Shown: positions 33,593-45,568 of the stretch, piece by piece
Position numbering within the stretch: position 1 is the first letter of the stretch
How the letters are laid out: each line of letters starts with the position of its first letter
Source: an uncultured cyanobacterium
Lineage (GTDB): Bacteria; Cyanobacteriota; Cyanobacteriia; Cyanobacteriales; Nostocaceae
DNA length: 64,000 bases
Reading direction: 5' to 3'
NCBI GenBank assembly: GCA_963706595.1
Contig: OY970166.1
Span: 3,040,001 to 3,104,000, forward strand
The notes under the pieces: model-generated
What the model was told of the DNA's origin: nothing
Seen by the model: only the letters and a program-made list of their open reading frames with translations
The model's database searches: none
Translations under genes and position numbers: made by a program

Positions 33593-34150
33593 ATGCTATT
33601 TACTAGAACTGCACTCAAAGATGCATTCATTGTAGACGCTGAAAAAAAGCCAGATCATCGGGGATTTTTTGCCCGTGGTTTCTGCGCCCAAGAATTTATC
33701 GCACATGGTTTAAAGCCGACAGTTGCCCAATGCAATATATCTTTTAACCACAAAAAGGGTACAGTGCGGGGAATGCACTATCAAGTTTCCCCGGCTACAG
33801 AAACAAAATTAGTGCGTTGTACTAAAGGGGCTATCTATGACGTAATTATTGATATGCGTCCTGAGTCGCCCACTTTTTTATCACATATTGGTGTGGAATT
33901 AACCGCAGAAAACCACCGGGCTTTGTATGTACCGGAAATGTTTGCTCACGGTTATCAAACCCTCACAGATGAGACTGAGGTTGTCTATCAAGTGGGTGAG
34001 TTTTATACCCCAGGTTATGAACGAGGATTACGTTATAACGATCCATTTTTTAATATTGAATGGCCTTTAAAAGTAACTGAAATTTCTGCGAAAGACTTAA
34101 ATTGGACTTTACTGGAAATGATTCCTGTTGGTAGTGCAGATCCGAGATAA
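33593..34150 (+). CDS. rfbC: NDP-4-keto-6-deoxyglucose 3,5-epimerase (RmlC family)
   Basis: DHRGFFAR, RGMHYQ, KLVRC, FAHGYQTL. Confidence 0.9.
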   Translation: MLFTRTALKDAFIVDAEKKPDHRGFFARGFCAQEFIAHGLKPTVAQCNISFNHKKGTVRGMHYQVSPATETKLVRCTKGAIYDVIIDMRPESPTFLSHIGVELTAENHRALYVPEMFAHGYQTLTDETEVVYQVGEFYTPGYERGLRYNDPFFNIEWPLKVTEISAKDLNWTLLEMIPVGSADPR

Positions 34151-34219
34151 ATAGTTATCAGTCTATGGACTGTTTTAACGATGACTTTGAGTAAACAATT
34201 AACAATAGGAGTTGAGCTA

Positions 34220-35532
34220 ATGATTATTATTGATCGTGCCTTAGAAGCCCGCGCTGCATCTGGAAATCCGGTGAAAGTGGGGATGATTGGTGCTGGTTTT
34301 ATGGGTCGGGGGATTGCTAATCAAATTATCAATTCAGTTCCGGGAATGGAGTTAGTGGCTATTTTTAGCCGTCAGGTTGATGCTGCTAAACGAGCTTATA
34401 CAGAAGCGGGACTAGAAAATGTTCAAGTTGTGACGAATGTAACTGAATTAGAAGCGGCGATCGCTCAGGATAAATATGCAGTTACCGAAGATGCTTCCTT
34501 ACTCTGCCAAGCTGAAGGAATTGATGCCATCATCGAAGTCACTGGTGCAGTAGAATTTGGCGCTGGGATCGTCATGCAAGCGATCGCCCATGGCAAACAC
34601 GTAATTATGATGAATGCCGAACTAGACGCGACTATCGGCCCCATCCTCAACGTGTACGCTAAAAAAGCTGGAGTCATCCTCAGCGCCTGTGATGGTGATC
34701 AGCCAGGGGTAGAAATGAATCTCTACCGATTTGTGAAAAGTATTGGTCTGACTCCGTTATTGTGCGGTAATATTAAAGGACTTCAAGACCCCTATCGCAA
34801 TCCCACAACTCAAGCCGGATTTGCTCAACGTTGGGGTCAAAAAGCCCAGATGGTGACTAGTTTTGCGGATGGAACCAAAATTTCCTTCGAGCAAGCGATC
34901 GTTGCTAACGCCACAGGAATGAAAGTCGCCCAGCGCGGAATGCTCGGCTACAACTTCACTGGTCATATTGATGAAATGACCAAAATGTACGACGTTGATC
35001 AACTTAAAGAATTGGGTGGCATCGTTGATTATGTCGTTGGAGCTAAACCCAGCCCTGGTGTGTTTGTATTTGCCAGTCACGACGACCCCAAACAACGCCA
35101 TTATCTCGATTTGTACAAGTTAGGTGAAGGTCCTTTATATAGCTTCTACACTCCTTATCACCTCTGTCATTTTGAAGTCCCATTATCTGTAGCCCGCGCT
35201 GTCTTGTTTCAAGATGCTGTCTTATCGCCACTAGCAGGCCCCTGGTCGATGTAATTACCACTGCCAAAATTAATCTCCAAGCCGGCGAAACCCTAGATGG
35301 TATTGGCTATTATATGACCTACGGTCAATGTGAAAATTCTGCCATTGTTCAAGAGCAGAAACTACTACCAATCGGGTTAGCCGAAGGATGTCGCCTCAAA
35401 CGAGATATTCCCCAAGATCAAGTCCTCACTTACGATGATGTCGAGTTGCCTGAAGGCAGACTTTGCGACCAACTACGCGCTGAACAAAACGCTTATTTTG
35501 CATCAGAAAAAGTTCTAGCAACCATTGGATAA
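34220..35532 (+). pseudogene. NAD(P)-dependent oxidoreductase with C-terminal SAF domain; one frameshift near 35240 (real or assembly error)
   Basis: GAGFMGRG Rossmann motif; reading continues in the -1 frame as LVDVITTAKINLQAGETLDGIGYYMTYG. Confidence 0.8.
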
Positions 35533-35579
35533 AATCAGTATTTTCCGAAGAGGCAGAGGAGAAGAGGAGAAGAGGAACG

Positions 35580-35690
35580 GGGGCAGGGAGCAGGGGGCAG
35601 GGGAGAAGAATGGTTGTTAAGTAACCGGAAGTTTAAAATAATTTCTTACTCCCCCTTGCTCCCTGCTCCCCTGCCTCTTAACTCCCCTGC
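35580..35690. repeat. Dispersed STRR-flanked repeat, inverted copy of about 13050-13150
   Basis: ttgttaagtaaccggaagtttaaaataatttcttactcccc is the reverse complement of the 13082-13122 core. Confidence 0.8.
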
Positions 35691-35763
35691 CTCTTTTGAC
35701 CCTTAGTTAAGGCATGATCCCCTCAAGCTCCTTCATTAGTGGTTTGAGGGTATCTGCAACAGA

Positions 35764-35906
35764 TATAGCAACCGCCAAGGAGATTAAGACATAAACGGAT
35801 AATCAAAACTTAGACACCAAAAAGGTTTTAACCCACTCCCCACTCCCCACTCCCTACTCCCTACTCCCCACTCCCCACTCCCCACTCCCCACTCCCCACT
35901 TCCCAG
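35764..35906. repeat. TATAGC-type dispersed repeat with (CCCCACT)n tract
   Basis: ccgccaagg..ttaagacataaacggataatcaaa shared with 11182 and 24020. Confidence 0.8.
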
Positions 35907-36281
35907 CAAACTGGAGAAATAAAAGTTTATAGTCAAGACTTTAGTCCTAGCAACCTTGAGAATGAGCGCTAAAGGACTCACTAAAAACACATTTTTATCA
36001 GAAATCTTTGCAGCGGACAGTTCTTAATAAATGCTGACATCTTGCACCAATAAAAATTTGATGTTATTCAATCACCTAGTATTCAAACCAAACCCCTGGA
36101 TTTAGTGATAAAATACGAGATTAACAAAGAAAATCATCGCGGATATTTTTATGTTGTCTGGGTTTTTACGTAGAAGTGCAAGAGATGACAATGGGCATTT
36201 ATAATCCTCAACACTCCAGTTGTTAAGAGCAACTTGCTGTCAAGTTTTCCCACAAACTTCAGAAGAAAATTAGATAACACT

Positions 36282-37370
36282 ATGAAAATTGCTCTAGTTC
36301 ATGATTACTTAACCCAGCGCGGTGGAGCAGAGCGCGTATTTGAATTACTTTGTAAGCGTTATCCTCAAGCGGATGTTTTTACCTCTTTGTACAATCCGCA
36401 AAAAACCATTGATATGGGTGAGCGGATAGTCAAAACTACTTTTTTACAAAAAATTCCCGGCGCAGTCAAGTATTTTAGATTGATGGCTCCTTTGTACTTT
36501 CCTGCCTTTCGGGCGTTGGATTTACAAGATTACGATTTGATTATTAGTAGTAGTACTAGCTTTGCCAAAGCAGTCCGCAAACGTCCAGATGCCAAACATA
36601 TTTGTTTTTGCCATAATGTGACTCGTTTCTTGTGGGATACAGAAACTTATTTAAGGGAGTATGGGGACTATCGATATTTTGCGCCGTTAATTGAACAAGT
36701 ATTTCAATTAATGAGAAATGTAGACCTGAAATATGCTCAAGAACCTGACCTTTATATTGCCAACTCTAGCGTAGTTGCCCGTCGCATTCAAAAAATTTAC
36801 AACAAACAAGCAATTGCCATTAATTATCCAATCGATACAAATAATTTTCTGTTTTCAGATATAAAAGATGAATACTATCTAGCCTCGGCGCGGATGATCA
36901 GCTATAAGCGACTAGATATAATCATTGAGGCTTTTAATTGGTTAGGTTGGCAATTATTAATCTCAGGTGATGGGCCAGAACAAGAACGTCTCAAAGCTAA
37001 AGCCTTAGATAATATTAAGTTTTTAGGACACGTCAGTGATGCTCAACGCAAAGAATTATTTTCTAAAGCCAAGTTTGTCATAGTTGCCGCTTTAGAAGAC
37101 TATGGATTAGTTCCCGTCGAGGCCAATGCTAGTGGTACTCCAGTTATTGCCTATGGAGCCGGGGGAGTATTAGATACACAAATACACGGTAAAACCGGAG
37201 TATTTTTTAAAAGACAAACGCCCGAATCCATCCAAGCTGCGTTGCTAGAGTCCGGAGGAATCATTTGGAATTATGAAAATATTCGTAATCATGCAGTGAA
37301 CAATTTTTCAGAACCCGTGTTTTTTCGCAAGGTTGAGCAACTTATTGCCCAAACTTGTAATATCAATTAG
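36282..37370 (+). CDS. GT4 glycosyltransferase
   Basis: MKIALVHDYL..GGAERV, EDYGLVPVEANASG. Confidence 0.93.
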   Translation: MKIALVHDYLTQRGGAERVFELLCKRYPQADVFTSLYNPQKTIDMGERIVKTTFLQKIPGAVKYFRLMAPLYFPAFRALDLQDYDLIISSSTSFAKAVRKRPDAKHICFCHNVTRFLWDTETYLREYGDYRYFAPLIEQVFQLMRNVDLKYAQEPDLYIANSSVVARRIQKIYNKQAIAINYPIDTNNFLFSDIKDEYYLASARMISYKRLDIIIEAFNWLGWQLLISGDGPEQERLKAKALDNIKFLGHVSDAQRKELFSKAKFVIVAALEDYGLVPVEANASGTPVIAYGAGGVLDTQIHGKTGVFFKRQTPESIQAALLESGGIIWNYENIRNHAVNNFSEPVFFRKVEQLIAQTCNIN

Positions 37371-37612
37371 CTATTTGTGCAGTTTTTATGTCAATTATAA
37401 AAGAGAGGTGACATTTATAGACCTGAAACAAAGATGAAGTTGAATTTGCTCCCTTTGGAATTAGAATGACGTAAAGTCTATGGCTACGGCACTCTAATCA
37501 TTGGCATAGCCGCGCCCAAAGCGTAGTTCCAGGGCAATTACGAATTGATATTAACTCTATCCCTCCGGGGAAGTAAGCTACGCGTAGCGTCTCTCAGATA
37601 AGGATAATAAAC

Positions 37613-39857
37613 ATGAATCAAGCTAGTCTTAGTCCCGGTATAAATCAGGTTAATAACTCTAATACAGAACCAAGTTATGGACAGCTGTTTAAAATATTTA
37701 TTCGCAGATTGCCTTGGTTTTTAGCAGTATTCATTACTTCAATCGCAATGGCAGCTGTAGTAACTGCTAGAACAAAACCTACCTATAAAAGCTCAATGCA
37801 GACTGCTTGTCGAACCTAATTATCAAGGTAGGCAAGAAGGCGCTGGGGCAGACAGTCCATTTATCGAGCCTAATATTCAGATAGATACAGCAACTCAGCT
37901 GAATCTCATGCAAAGTTCAGGACTCATCCAACAGGCAGTTGACAAACTGAAATCTGATTATCCTGATATCACTGTCAACGAAATTAAAGCCTCTTTAGTT
38001 CTGACTCAACTCAGAAGTGCAGAAGATAATCTGGCAACAAAAATTTTCCAAGTAGACTATACTGCCCAAGATCCAGCCAAAACACAAAATGTTCTGGCGA
38101 CAATTCAGCAAGTTTATGTGGAATATAACAAACAACAACAGGATTCGCGGTTACAAAAAGGTTTACAAGTGATTCGGGAACAGTTGAGTAAAGCCAGCGA
38201 GGAAGTGAATGCCTCGGAAACTAATCTTCAACGATTTCGCAGAAACCAAAATTTAATCAATCCTGAGTCACAAGCTAAAGCTTTAGAAGACTCTTTAAAC
38301 ACTATTGAACAAGAACGCCGTGTTACCCGTTCTGAGTATCAAGAGGCTATAGCACGGCAACAATCTTTGCAAGAACAACTCAAGCGTTCTCCACAAAACG
38401 CTCTGGTGGCTTCTCGTCTGAGTCAGTCTACTCGCTACCAAGGATTACTCAACGAAATTCAAAAAACTGAACTAGCACTAGCTCAAGAACGTTTGCGCTT
38501 TACGGATGAGACTCCTGGCGTGAAACAAATGCAAGAACAACTGGAAAGCCAGAAGAGATTATTGCAACAAGAGGTGGGCAGAGCTTTAGGCGTACAGTCT
38601 AATGGTGTAATTTCCTCCCAAGCACCTCTTTTGGAACAAGGACAATTTGGTGAAATTGACCTCAACCTGGCTAGTCAGTTAGTGGAGACGCAAACAACTA
38701 TAGTTGCTTTAAGCGCCCGCGATCAAACTTTGGCGGAGAAAGAAAATCAATTGCGTTTTGAAATTAAACGCTTTCCGCCTTTGTTGGCTTATTACAATCG
38801 CATTATGCCACAGCTACAATTTAGCCGTGAAAGATTAGAGGAGCTATTGCGAGCCGAGCAGAAATTGCGCCAAGAATTGGCCAAGGGTGGGTTTAATTGG
38901 GAAGTTGTGGAAAAACCGCAATTAGGGATGCACTTAGGCCCAATCTCCAGCAAAATCTCTTGTTGGGTGGAGTTGTGGGGTTGATGTTGGGAGGTATTGC
39001 AGCTTTTATTCGCGAAGCATCTGATGATGCTGTGCATACAACTGCTGAATTGGAAAAGCAGGTTCCTTTACCGTTGTTGGGAACTACTCCCAAACTGCCA
39101 ACTACCAAAAACCGAGAATCAATCATCAAGTTGCCTTTTGGTAAACCAGAAGTTCTGGCTCCTTGGACAATTCAGGTGTTGCAATCACCACCACGTTGGG
39201 AATCGCTGGATTTGATTTTCAAAAATATTGAACTTTTAAATTCTGTTCCTAATTTGAAGTCTCTGATGATTACCTCGGCTTTGCGAGATGAGAGTAAGTC
39301 CGCTTTGGCGTTGGGTTTGGCAATGAGTGCGGCTCGTTTACACAAACGGGTACTATTGATTGATGCCAACTTACGAGAGCCTAGTCTCCACCAACAGACT
39401 CAATCTTCCCAATGAGCAAGGGTTATCGACTCTCTTGGCTAGTGATGTCACTATCCCCGACCAAATTGGTGTTCAATCTTTAGGTTCAGCTTATATTGAT
39501 ATTTTGACGGCTGGACCGATACCTGTTGACCCAGCACATCTTTTGAGTTCACCACGCATGATTCAATTGATGAATGCATTTGAGGCTAATTATGATTTGG
39601 TACTCATAGATGCGCCGCCAGTTCTCGGTTTGGTGGATGCCATGCTGACAGCTTCATCTTGTCGGAGTGTGGTGCTGGCGGCCAGTATGAGTAAGGTAAC
39701 TCGCAGCCAATTAGCCCAAGCTACAGCGATGTTGAGCAAATTAAATCTGATTGGGGTTGTGGCTAATGGTGTCTCCAACTCTGGTAGTACTTATGTAAAA
39801 TATCCCCAACCGTCTGAGTCGTCTCAATTGGCGCTGCAACAAGTGATAGAAAAATAA
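37613..39857 (+). pseudogene. Wzc/GumC polysaccharide co-polymerase; three frameshifts (about 37801, 38939, 39398)
   Basis: Four frame segments join into TM - coiled coil - TM - ATPase-like domain (LLIDANLR, LIDAPP). Confidence 0.85.
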
Positions 39858-40619
39858 AGCCTATTTTGGAGAGAAGGGAGAGACGCGATTGATTGCGTTC
39901 AAGGGAATAGAAAGTTTCTATTTGGATCTGTGTGCAAATTTACTAATTTAAAGGTTTTATATGATGTGCGATCGCACCGTTTGGTATGCGATCGCACATA
40001 TCTTTTTTTTGAGCCTTTGCTGCAAATTAGCAGCCGCGATCGCGCTGATTTTTGGGAAATTTCCAATTTTGATGGGATTACTAATACTTCCAACTAAGTA
40101 TATTTATAGCATCTTTATAATTAACTAGAAAAATCACTGCCTGTTTAAAGACTAAATAAAGAATCAATCCCAGCACATAGTCTTTCTACAAAGTCTTATA
40201 TCCTAGATATTAACGCTCCTGCTAAACAGCTAAAAGACAAAGGTAAACTGGTTTTGTGAGCTTGAGTAAAAAATAAGTAGTCGCAACTAAACGTAAATAT
40301 GAAGTTGTGGGGTACTTGAGGAACGGGGGAATTTCCCTCTACACTTCCCCATCGTCCGTAATTATCAGAGAGAAACCCGCGTTTCCCAATTAACTTTTCC
40401 CCTGTGTTTACTGCTACTTATTTAATTAGTTTCTCCATCTTCACACCAGCAGAATTTCCCAAGATGTGGACTCGTCTGAAGTGCAAGTTAAAAGAGCATA
40501 TTTCTGCACGCAATTACTAACATATTTTTGGAGCAAAACAAAATTCTGTTCGGAGTCTTTGGCATTAATAGCCTGCAATACTAACTCAGCCATTCACGAT
40601 TTTATAGATCCAAAGATAT

Positions 40620-41363
40620 ATGACAAGTTCATTAATTCCTGCTCTTCAAAACTCTTCTGTCGAAACCCAGCACCACCAAAATAATCAATTTTCATACTGT
40701 ACGCTCCAATGGCGGCGGGGTCAATTATTGGTCAAATCTCCCGGACTCACTAAACAGCTTCATCTACCTGCTTTGCATGACGAGCAATTCTTAGTAAATT
40801 GCTTAAAAAAAACGCCAGTAAATTTGGTCAGTATAGACCCAAATATTGGGGAAGATTATCTAAAACTTTGGGTTGAAGCCTGTGAGCAAGCTGGTAAGCC
40901 CATATTTCTCCGCCTACCCTCCAGCAATAAACCGGTTAAACAAGGTAACTGGTGGCAAAAAGTAATTGATGGGATTGTCGCTTTCTTCTTACTAATACTG
41001 ATGAGTCCAGTTATGCTGGCATTATTTGTGATGTTACAGCTTGACTCACCAGGATCAGTTTTTAGCAGTGAGTGGCAGGTTGGAGAACGAGGTAAAGTCT
41101 TTCGGGCGATCAAGTTTTGTACAACCGCTAATTTGAATATGACACCTCTAGGTCGTTTGATGCGTAAATACGATTTAGATTATCTACCGCAGTTGTGGAA
41201 TGTGCTACGCGGTGAAATGACTTTGATGGGATCTCGTAGTTGCACTTTAGAAAATGCGGTGCGGCTAACTTTGGCGGGACAACAGCAAATCAAGCAAGTA
41301 TCCGAAATGACGGGTACATGGGAAGAATCTAATCTGCTACATTTGGATAGCCAAACACTATAG
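40620..41363 (+). CDS. hepC: Heterocyst envelope polysaccharide protein HepC (degenerate sugar-transferase domain)
   Basis: CTLQWRRGQLLV N-terminus, TM helix, LPQLWNVLRGEM; directly upstream of hepA. Confidence 0.85.
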   Translation: MTSSLIPALQNSSVETQHHQNNQFSYCTLQWRRGQLLVKSPGLTKQLHLPALHDEQFLVNCLKKTPVNLVSIDPNIGEDYLKLWVEACEQAGKPIFLRLPSSNKPVKQGNWWQKVIDGIVAFFLLILMSPVMLALFVMLQLDSPGSVFSSEWQVGERGKVFRAIKFCTTANLNMTPLGRLMRKYDLDYLPQLWNVLRGEMTLMGSRSCTLENAVRLTLAGQQQIKQVSEMTGTWEESNLLHLDSQTL

Positions 41364-41528
41364 TTTTCTGGTGAACTAAACACATTTAGTTACTCAAGTG
41401 CGTTAAGCAAAGTGCGATAACGCACCCTAAATCAAAGAGCAGCAATTTTTTGTCTTCTCTAAAAAGAAAAGGTTTTTTAGCATCTATATAACTTATTTAA
41501 GTGTTCACATTTTTGTTCCCAAACACTC

Positions 41529-43379
41529 ATGTATATTAAAGCTTCTCAAATACTAGGCGATCGCTTCAAACAAACGAAGTTTTGGCAAAGCAATTATTTA
41601 ATAATCCGAGAATTTAAAAGTTTTCGCAAAGTTGCTATTTTCGCTTTATTCTTTTCATTCTTAGCCGCAACCTTTGAAGGTGTTAGTATTGGTTTTTTGC
41701 TGTCATTTCTGCAAAATTTGACTACTCCAGATGCAGAACCAATTCAAACTGGAATTGCTTGGTTTGATACCTGGATTTTAGCATCTCAGGCATCGGCAAT
41801 TAATCGACTATATCGCATCTCTTTACTAATTTTATTCAGTACATGGATACGTGCTGGTTTCAATTATCTATCACACGTCTATATAGAAATATCTCAACTA
41901 TTTCTAGCTGACCGCTTGCGAAAACAAATTTTTGAGCAGTTGCAAGGATTGCCGTTAAGTTACTTTGCTAAAACTCGCTCTGGTGAACTGATTAATACTA
42001 TCACCACTGAAATTGAAAGAATGAAACAGTGGTTTAGTGGCGCAGCCTTTTTGACAACTCGAGGGATTACGGCTTTTGTCTACTTTATCTCGATGTGTTT
42101 ATTATCGTGGCAACTGACTATTATTTCGTTTTTCTTATTTACCTTGGTAGGAGTCGGATTATCAACACTCAATGCTCGCGCCAGAGAAACGAGTTTTAGT
42201 ACTTCCATCGCTAATGGAAACTTTACTTCAATCGCAATAGAATTTATTAATGCCATTCGTACAGTTCAGGCATTTTCTACTCAAGAGTTTGAGCGCCAAC
42301 GTTTCTATCAAGCCAGCAATAATGTAGTTACCACTTCCACTAAAGTTGTATTAACTTGGGCGCTGGTGAGACCTTTAGCTGAAGCTATAGCTAGTACGAT
42401 TCTCATTGGGATGATTATTTTTGCCTTTACTGTGTTTGTTGTCAATGGAACTCTACAAGTTGCTTCTTTACTGACGTTCTTCTTTGTGCTGTTCCGGGTT
42501 GTGCCAATTGTGCAAGATATTAATGGCACTAGAGCGCATCTCAGCACACTGGCAGGAGCGGCAGATAATATTAAGGAGTTGATTAGGATTGACAATAAAA
42601 CTTATTTGCAAAATGGCTATATCAAGTTTAATGGGTTGCAACATTCTATTGATATAGTCTCTGCTGACTTTGGTTATGATGCTAATAGTTTAGTGCTAAA
42701 TAATATTACTCTGAGCATTGAGAAGGGTAAAACTACAGCTTTAGTGGGTGGAACTGGTGCTGGTAAAAGTACATTAATTGATTTAATTCCCCGATTTTAT
42801 GATCCCACAGAAGGAGATGTACTGATTGATGGCATGAATATCCGTCAATTTGACATTAGCTCTTTAAGACAGAAAATTGCTGTTGTCAGTCAGGATACAT
42901 TTATTTTCAATACTACTGTGGGGAATAATATTTCCTACGGTACAGAAGGGGCGACTGAAGCTGAAATTCGTGAAGTTGCTCGATTAGCAAATGCACTGGA
43001 ATTTATTGATGAAATGCCTGAAGGTTTGAATACTCAATTGGGAGATCGGGGTGTGCGGTTATCGGGAGGACAACGCCAGCGAATTGCGATCGCTCGCGCT
43101 TTGCTGCGTGATCCACAAATTCTGATTTTGGACGAAGCCACTAGCGCTCTAGATTCCATGACTGAGCGTTTGATTCAAGAATCTATTGAAAAGTTATCTG
43201 TAGGTAGAACAGTGATTGCGATCGCTCACCGTCTTTCCACCATCGCCCAAGCCGATAAAGTTGTGGTATTAGAACAAGGACGGATCATTGAGCAAGGTAA
43301 TTATCAAGAATTACTAGAACTCAAAGGCAAATTATGGGAATACCATAAAACTCAATATCAAATAGGTCAAATTGGATAA
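41529..43379 (+). CDS. hepA: ABC exporter HepA
   Basis: TMD plus NBD (GGTGAGKS, LSGGQRQR, ILDEATS); position in the HEP island. Confidence 0.88.
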   Translation: MYIKASQILGDRFKQTKFWQSNYLIIREFKSFRKVAIFALFFSFLAATFEGVSIGFLLSFLQNLTTPDAEPIQTGIAWFDTWILASQASAINRLYRISLLILFSTWIRAGFNYLSHVYIEISQLFLADRLRKQIFEQLQGLPLSYFAKTRSGELINTITTEIERMKQWFSGAAFLTTRGITAFVYFISMCLLSWQLTIISFFLFTLVGVGLSTLNARARETSFSTSIANGNFTSIAIEFINAIRTVQAFSTQEFERQRFYQASNNVVTTSTKVVLTWALVRPLAEAIASTILIGMIIFAFTVFVVNGTLQVASLLTFFFVLFRVVPIVQDINGTRAHLSTLAGAADNIKELIRIDNKTYLQNGYIKFNGLQHSIDIVSADFGYDANSLVLNNITLSIEKGKTTALVGGTGAGKSTLIDLIPRFYDPTEGDVLIDGMNIRQFDISSLRQKIAVVSQDTFIFNTTVGNNISYGTEGATEAEIREVARLANALEFIDEMPEGLNTQLGDRGVRLSGGQRQRIAIARALLRDPQILILDEATSALDSMTERLIQESIEKLSVGRTVIAIAHRLSTIAQADKVVVLEQGRIIEQGNYQELLELKGKLWEYHKTQYQIGQIG

Positions 43380-43487
43380 ATTATGCAAATTAATTTCTGT
43401 AATATTATCTAAATTAACCGGATTCAAGGGACGCTAGTTTGCAAATTTAATTGAGAGCAAAATTAGGATTTTCACGAGGTCAAATAA

Positions 43488-44327
43488 ATGGTAAATATTG
43501 GTTATCATTCTGCTCGTATCCAAGGAAAAGTTAACCGCTATCTCTATAAATCAAAAATTGCTCGAACGGTTAAAGTTACCATTGACAAAACTCAAAAAGT
43601 TCCCCTGAGCGTCTATGCTTTATCTTGTGAGCGTGACTTAGCGGAACAAGTGGCAAGTATTCGTTCATTTATCACTAATGTTGGTATTCCTGAGAAATTT
43701 ACTGTAATTTCTGATGGTAGCTACACTGATTTGAGTTGTCAGTTATTACGCAGTATTCATCCCTGTGTTGAGGTTGTACCCATTGACAAATTTATCAAAC
43801 CAGATTTGCCCCAATGTGTATCTGATTATGCCCAAGTGCATCCAATGGGTAAGAAATTATCAGCATTAATGTCAATTCCTGTGGATGGTGCAACTATCTA
43901 TACAGACTCAGATATTTTATTCTTCCCTGGGGGAATTGACTTGGTTGAGTTAGCGCAGTTAGATAGTCAAGTCTGCCATTATTTACCTGATTGCTCAAAT
44001 TCACTGGATAGCAGAATCCTTTATGAGGATACAGAAAAAGTCAATCCGGTAAATGCGGGATTTATTTTATTTAAGCATGAATTAGATTGGAGCTTTGCAA
44101 TTAAACGTTTAGCAAATATACCTGGAACACCGAGCTATTTTACTGAACAAACAATTGTCCATTTGACAATTCACCATCATCATGGTGTTCCCCTATGCTC
44201 AGAAAAGTATGTGATGAATGTGATGGATCAATTTATCTATCCAGATAAATTTTCTAGTCAAGAAATTGCTTTACGGCATTATGTCAGTGATGTGAGACAT
44301 AAGTTTTGGATGAATGTTTACAACTAA
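43488..44327 (+). CDS. Putative GT-A fold glycosyltransferase
   Basis: YTDSDILF DxD motif, VNAGF, EQT. Confidence 0.65.
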   Translation: MVNIGYHSARIQGKVNRYLYKSKIARTVKVTIDKTQKVPLSVYALSCERDLAEQVASIRSFITNVGIPEKFTVISDGSYTDLSCQLLRSIHPCVEVVPIDKFIKPDLPQCVSDYAQVHPMGKKLSALMSIPVDGATIYTDSDILFFPGGIDLVELAQLDSQVCHYLPDCSNSLDSRILYEDTEKVNPVNAGFILFKHELDWSFAIKRLANIPGTPSYFTEQTIVHLTIHHHHGVPLCSEKYVMNVMDQFIYPDKFSSQEIALRHYVSDVRHKFWMNVYN

Positions 44328-44376
44328 ATTTATCCCGAAACAATGAGGATTCTCGTGAGAAATAAGCCAAATCAAT

Positions 44377-45516
44377 ATGAGTTATACATTAGTTGATCAA
44401 AAAATGATTTATCACTGCTCCCAAGCTAATATCAAGGGCGGTGGTGGGATTGAAACTTATTTAGCGTCTTTGATAAATTCTCAAATTACTGGGGTGAGCG
44501 ATCGCACTCTTTCTTCTCTGAAAAATATAGATCAAAAACAGCCGCAATTGCTGCACGTCCACGATTTAGATATGCTAGACGAACTCCAAGAAGAATGTCC
44601 GGCTATCTTTACTCTGCATAATAACTCTAGCTACTGTCCTAGTGGCACAAAATATTTAACAAATCGGGACAAGGTGTGCGATCGCATTATGAACCCCTTG
44701 GGATGTACTTGGGGACATTTAGTAGACGGTTGTGGTAGTCGCCGCCCGCAAAATATTTGGCAGGACTGGAGGAATGCTAATCATCCTTTAGGAATCCTCA
44801 AAAAGCTGAAAATTCCGGTTATTGCTAACAGCGATTATGTCCGTCAGCAAATCGTCAGTAATGGTTTAGCACCTGAACGAGTGGTGACATTACGGTGTGG
44901 TGTACAACCGCCTCAAAGTGACAATGCACCTCTAAATCGGGAAATACACCAAAATCAGCGTATTTTGTTCGCTGGTCGCATTGTTCCTTATAAAGGTGTG
45001 GAATGGCTGATTAAAGCTTTGGCACTTTGCGATCAACCCATTCATCTTGACATTGCTGGTGATGGTTGGAGTCAGCCCAGTATGGAAAAGTTAGCACAGA
45101 AAATGGGGTTAGGCGATCGCATTACTTGGCATGGCTGGTGTAATAGCGAAAAACTCGAAACACTTTATCAACAGTGCTTTGCGGTGGTTTTTCCCAGTCT
45201 GTGGCCTGAACCTGCCGGTCTTATAACTCTTGAAGCCTATGCTCATTATCGACCAATCATCGCTAGTGCAGTGGGAGGTATTCCCGAACACGTGCGAGAT
45301 GGCGAAACAGGTATTTTGGTTCCACCTCACAACATTAAACAGTTAGCTGCTGCTATCAACGAACTAGGAAGCAACTTTTCCCAAAGTCAATTAATGGGTG
45401 AACAAGGTCAAGCTTGGTTCCAAGAAGAGTTCACAATTGATGTTCATATTCAACGGTTAAAAATAATTTACGAAAAAACTATTGCTGAGTTTCTTCCCGG
45501 AAATTCAGGTAATTAA
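44377..45516 (+). CDS. GT4 glycosyltransferase
   Basis: FAGRIVPYKG, PSLWPEPAGLITLEA. Confidence 0.92.
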   Translation: MSYTLVDQKMIYHCSQANIKGGGGIETYLASLINSQITGVSDRTLSSLKNIDQKQPQLLHVHDLDMLDELQEECPAIFTLHNNSSYCPSGTKYLTNRDKVCDRIMNPLGCTWGHLVDGCGSRRPQNIWQDWRNANHPLGILKKLKIPVIANSDYVRQQIVSNGLAPERVVTLRCGVQPPQSDNAPLNREIHQNQRILFAGRIVPYKGVEWLIKALALCDQPIHLDIAGDGWSQPSMEKLAQKMGLGDRITWHGWCNSEKLETLYQQCFAVVFPSLWPEPAGLITLEAYAHYRPIIASAVGGIPEHVRDGETGILVPPHNIKQLAAAINELGSNFSQSQLMGEQGQAWFQEEFTIDVHIQRLKIIYEKTIAEFLPGNSGN

Positions 45517-45568
45517 CTGTAAATTTTAGCAAAATCACCTTACTTTTAAATAAATCTCAAAATTAACA

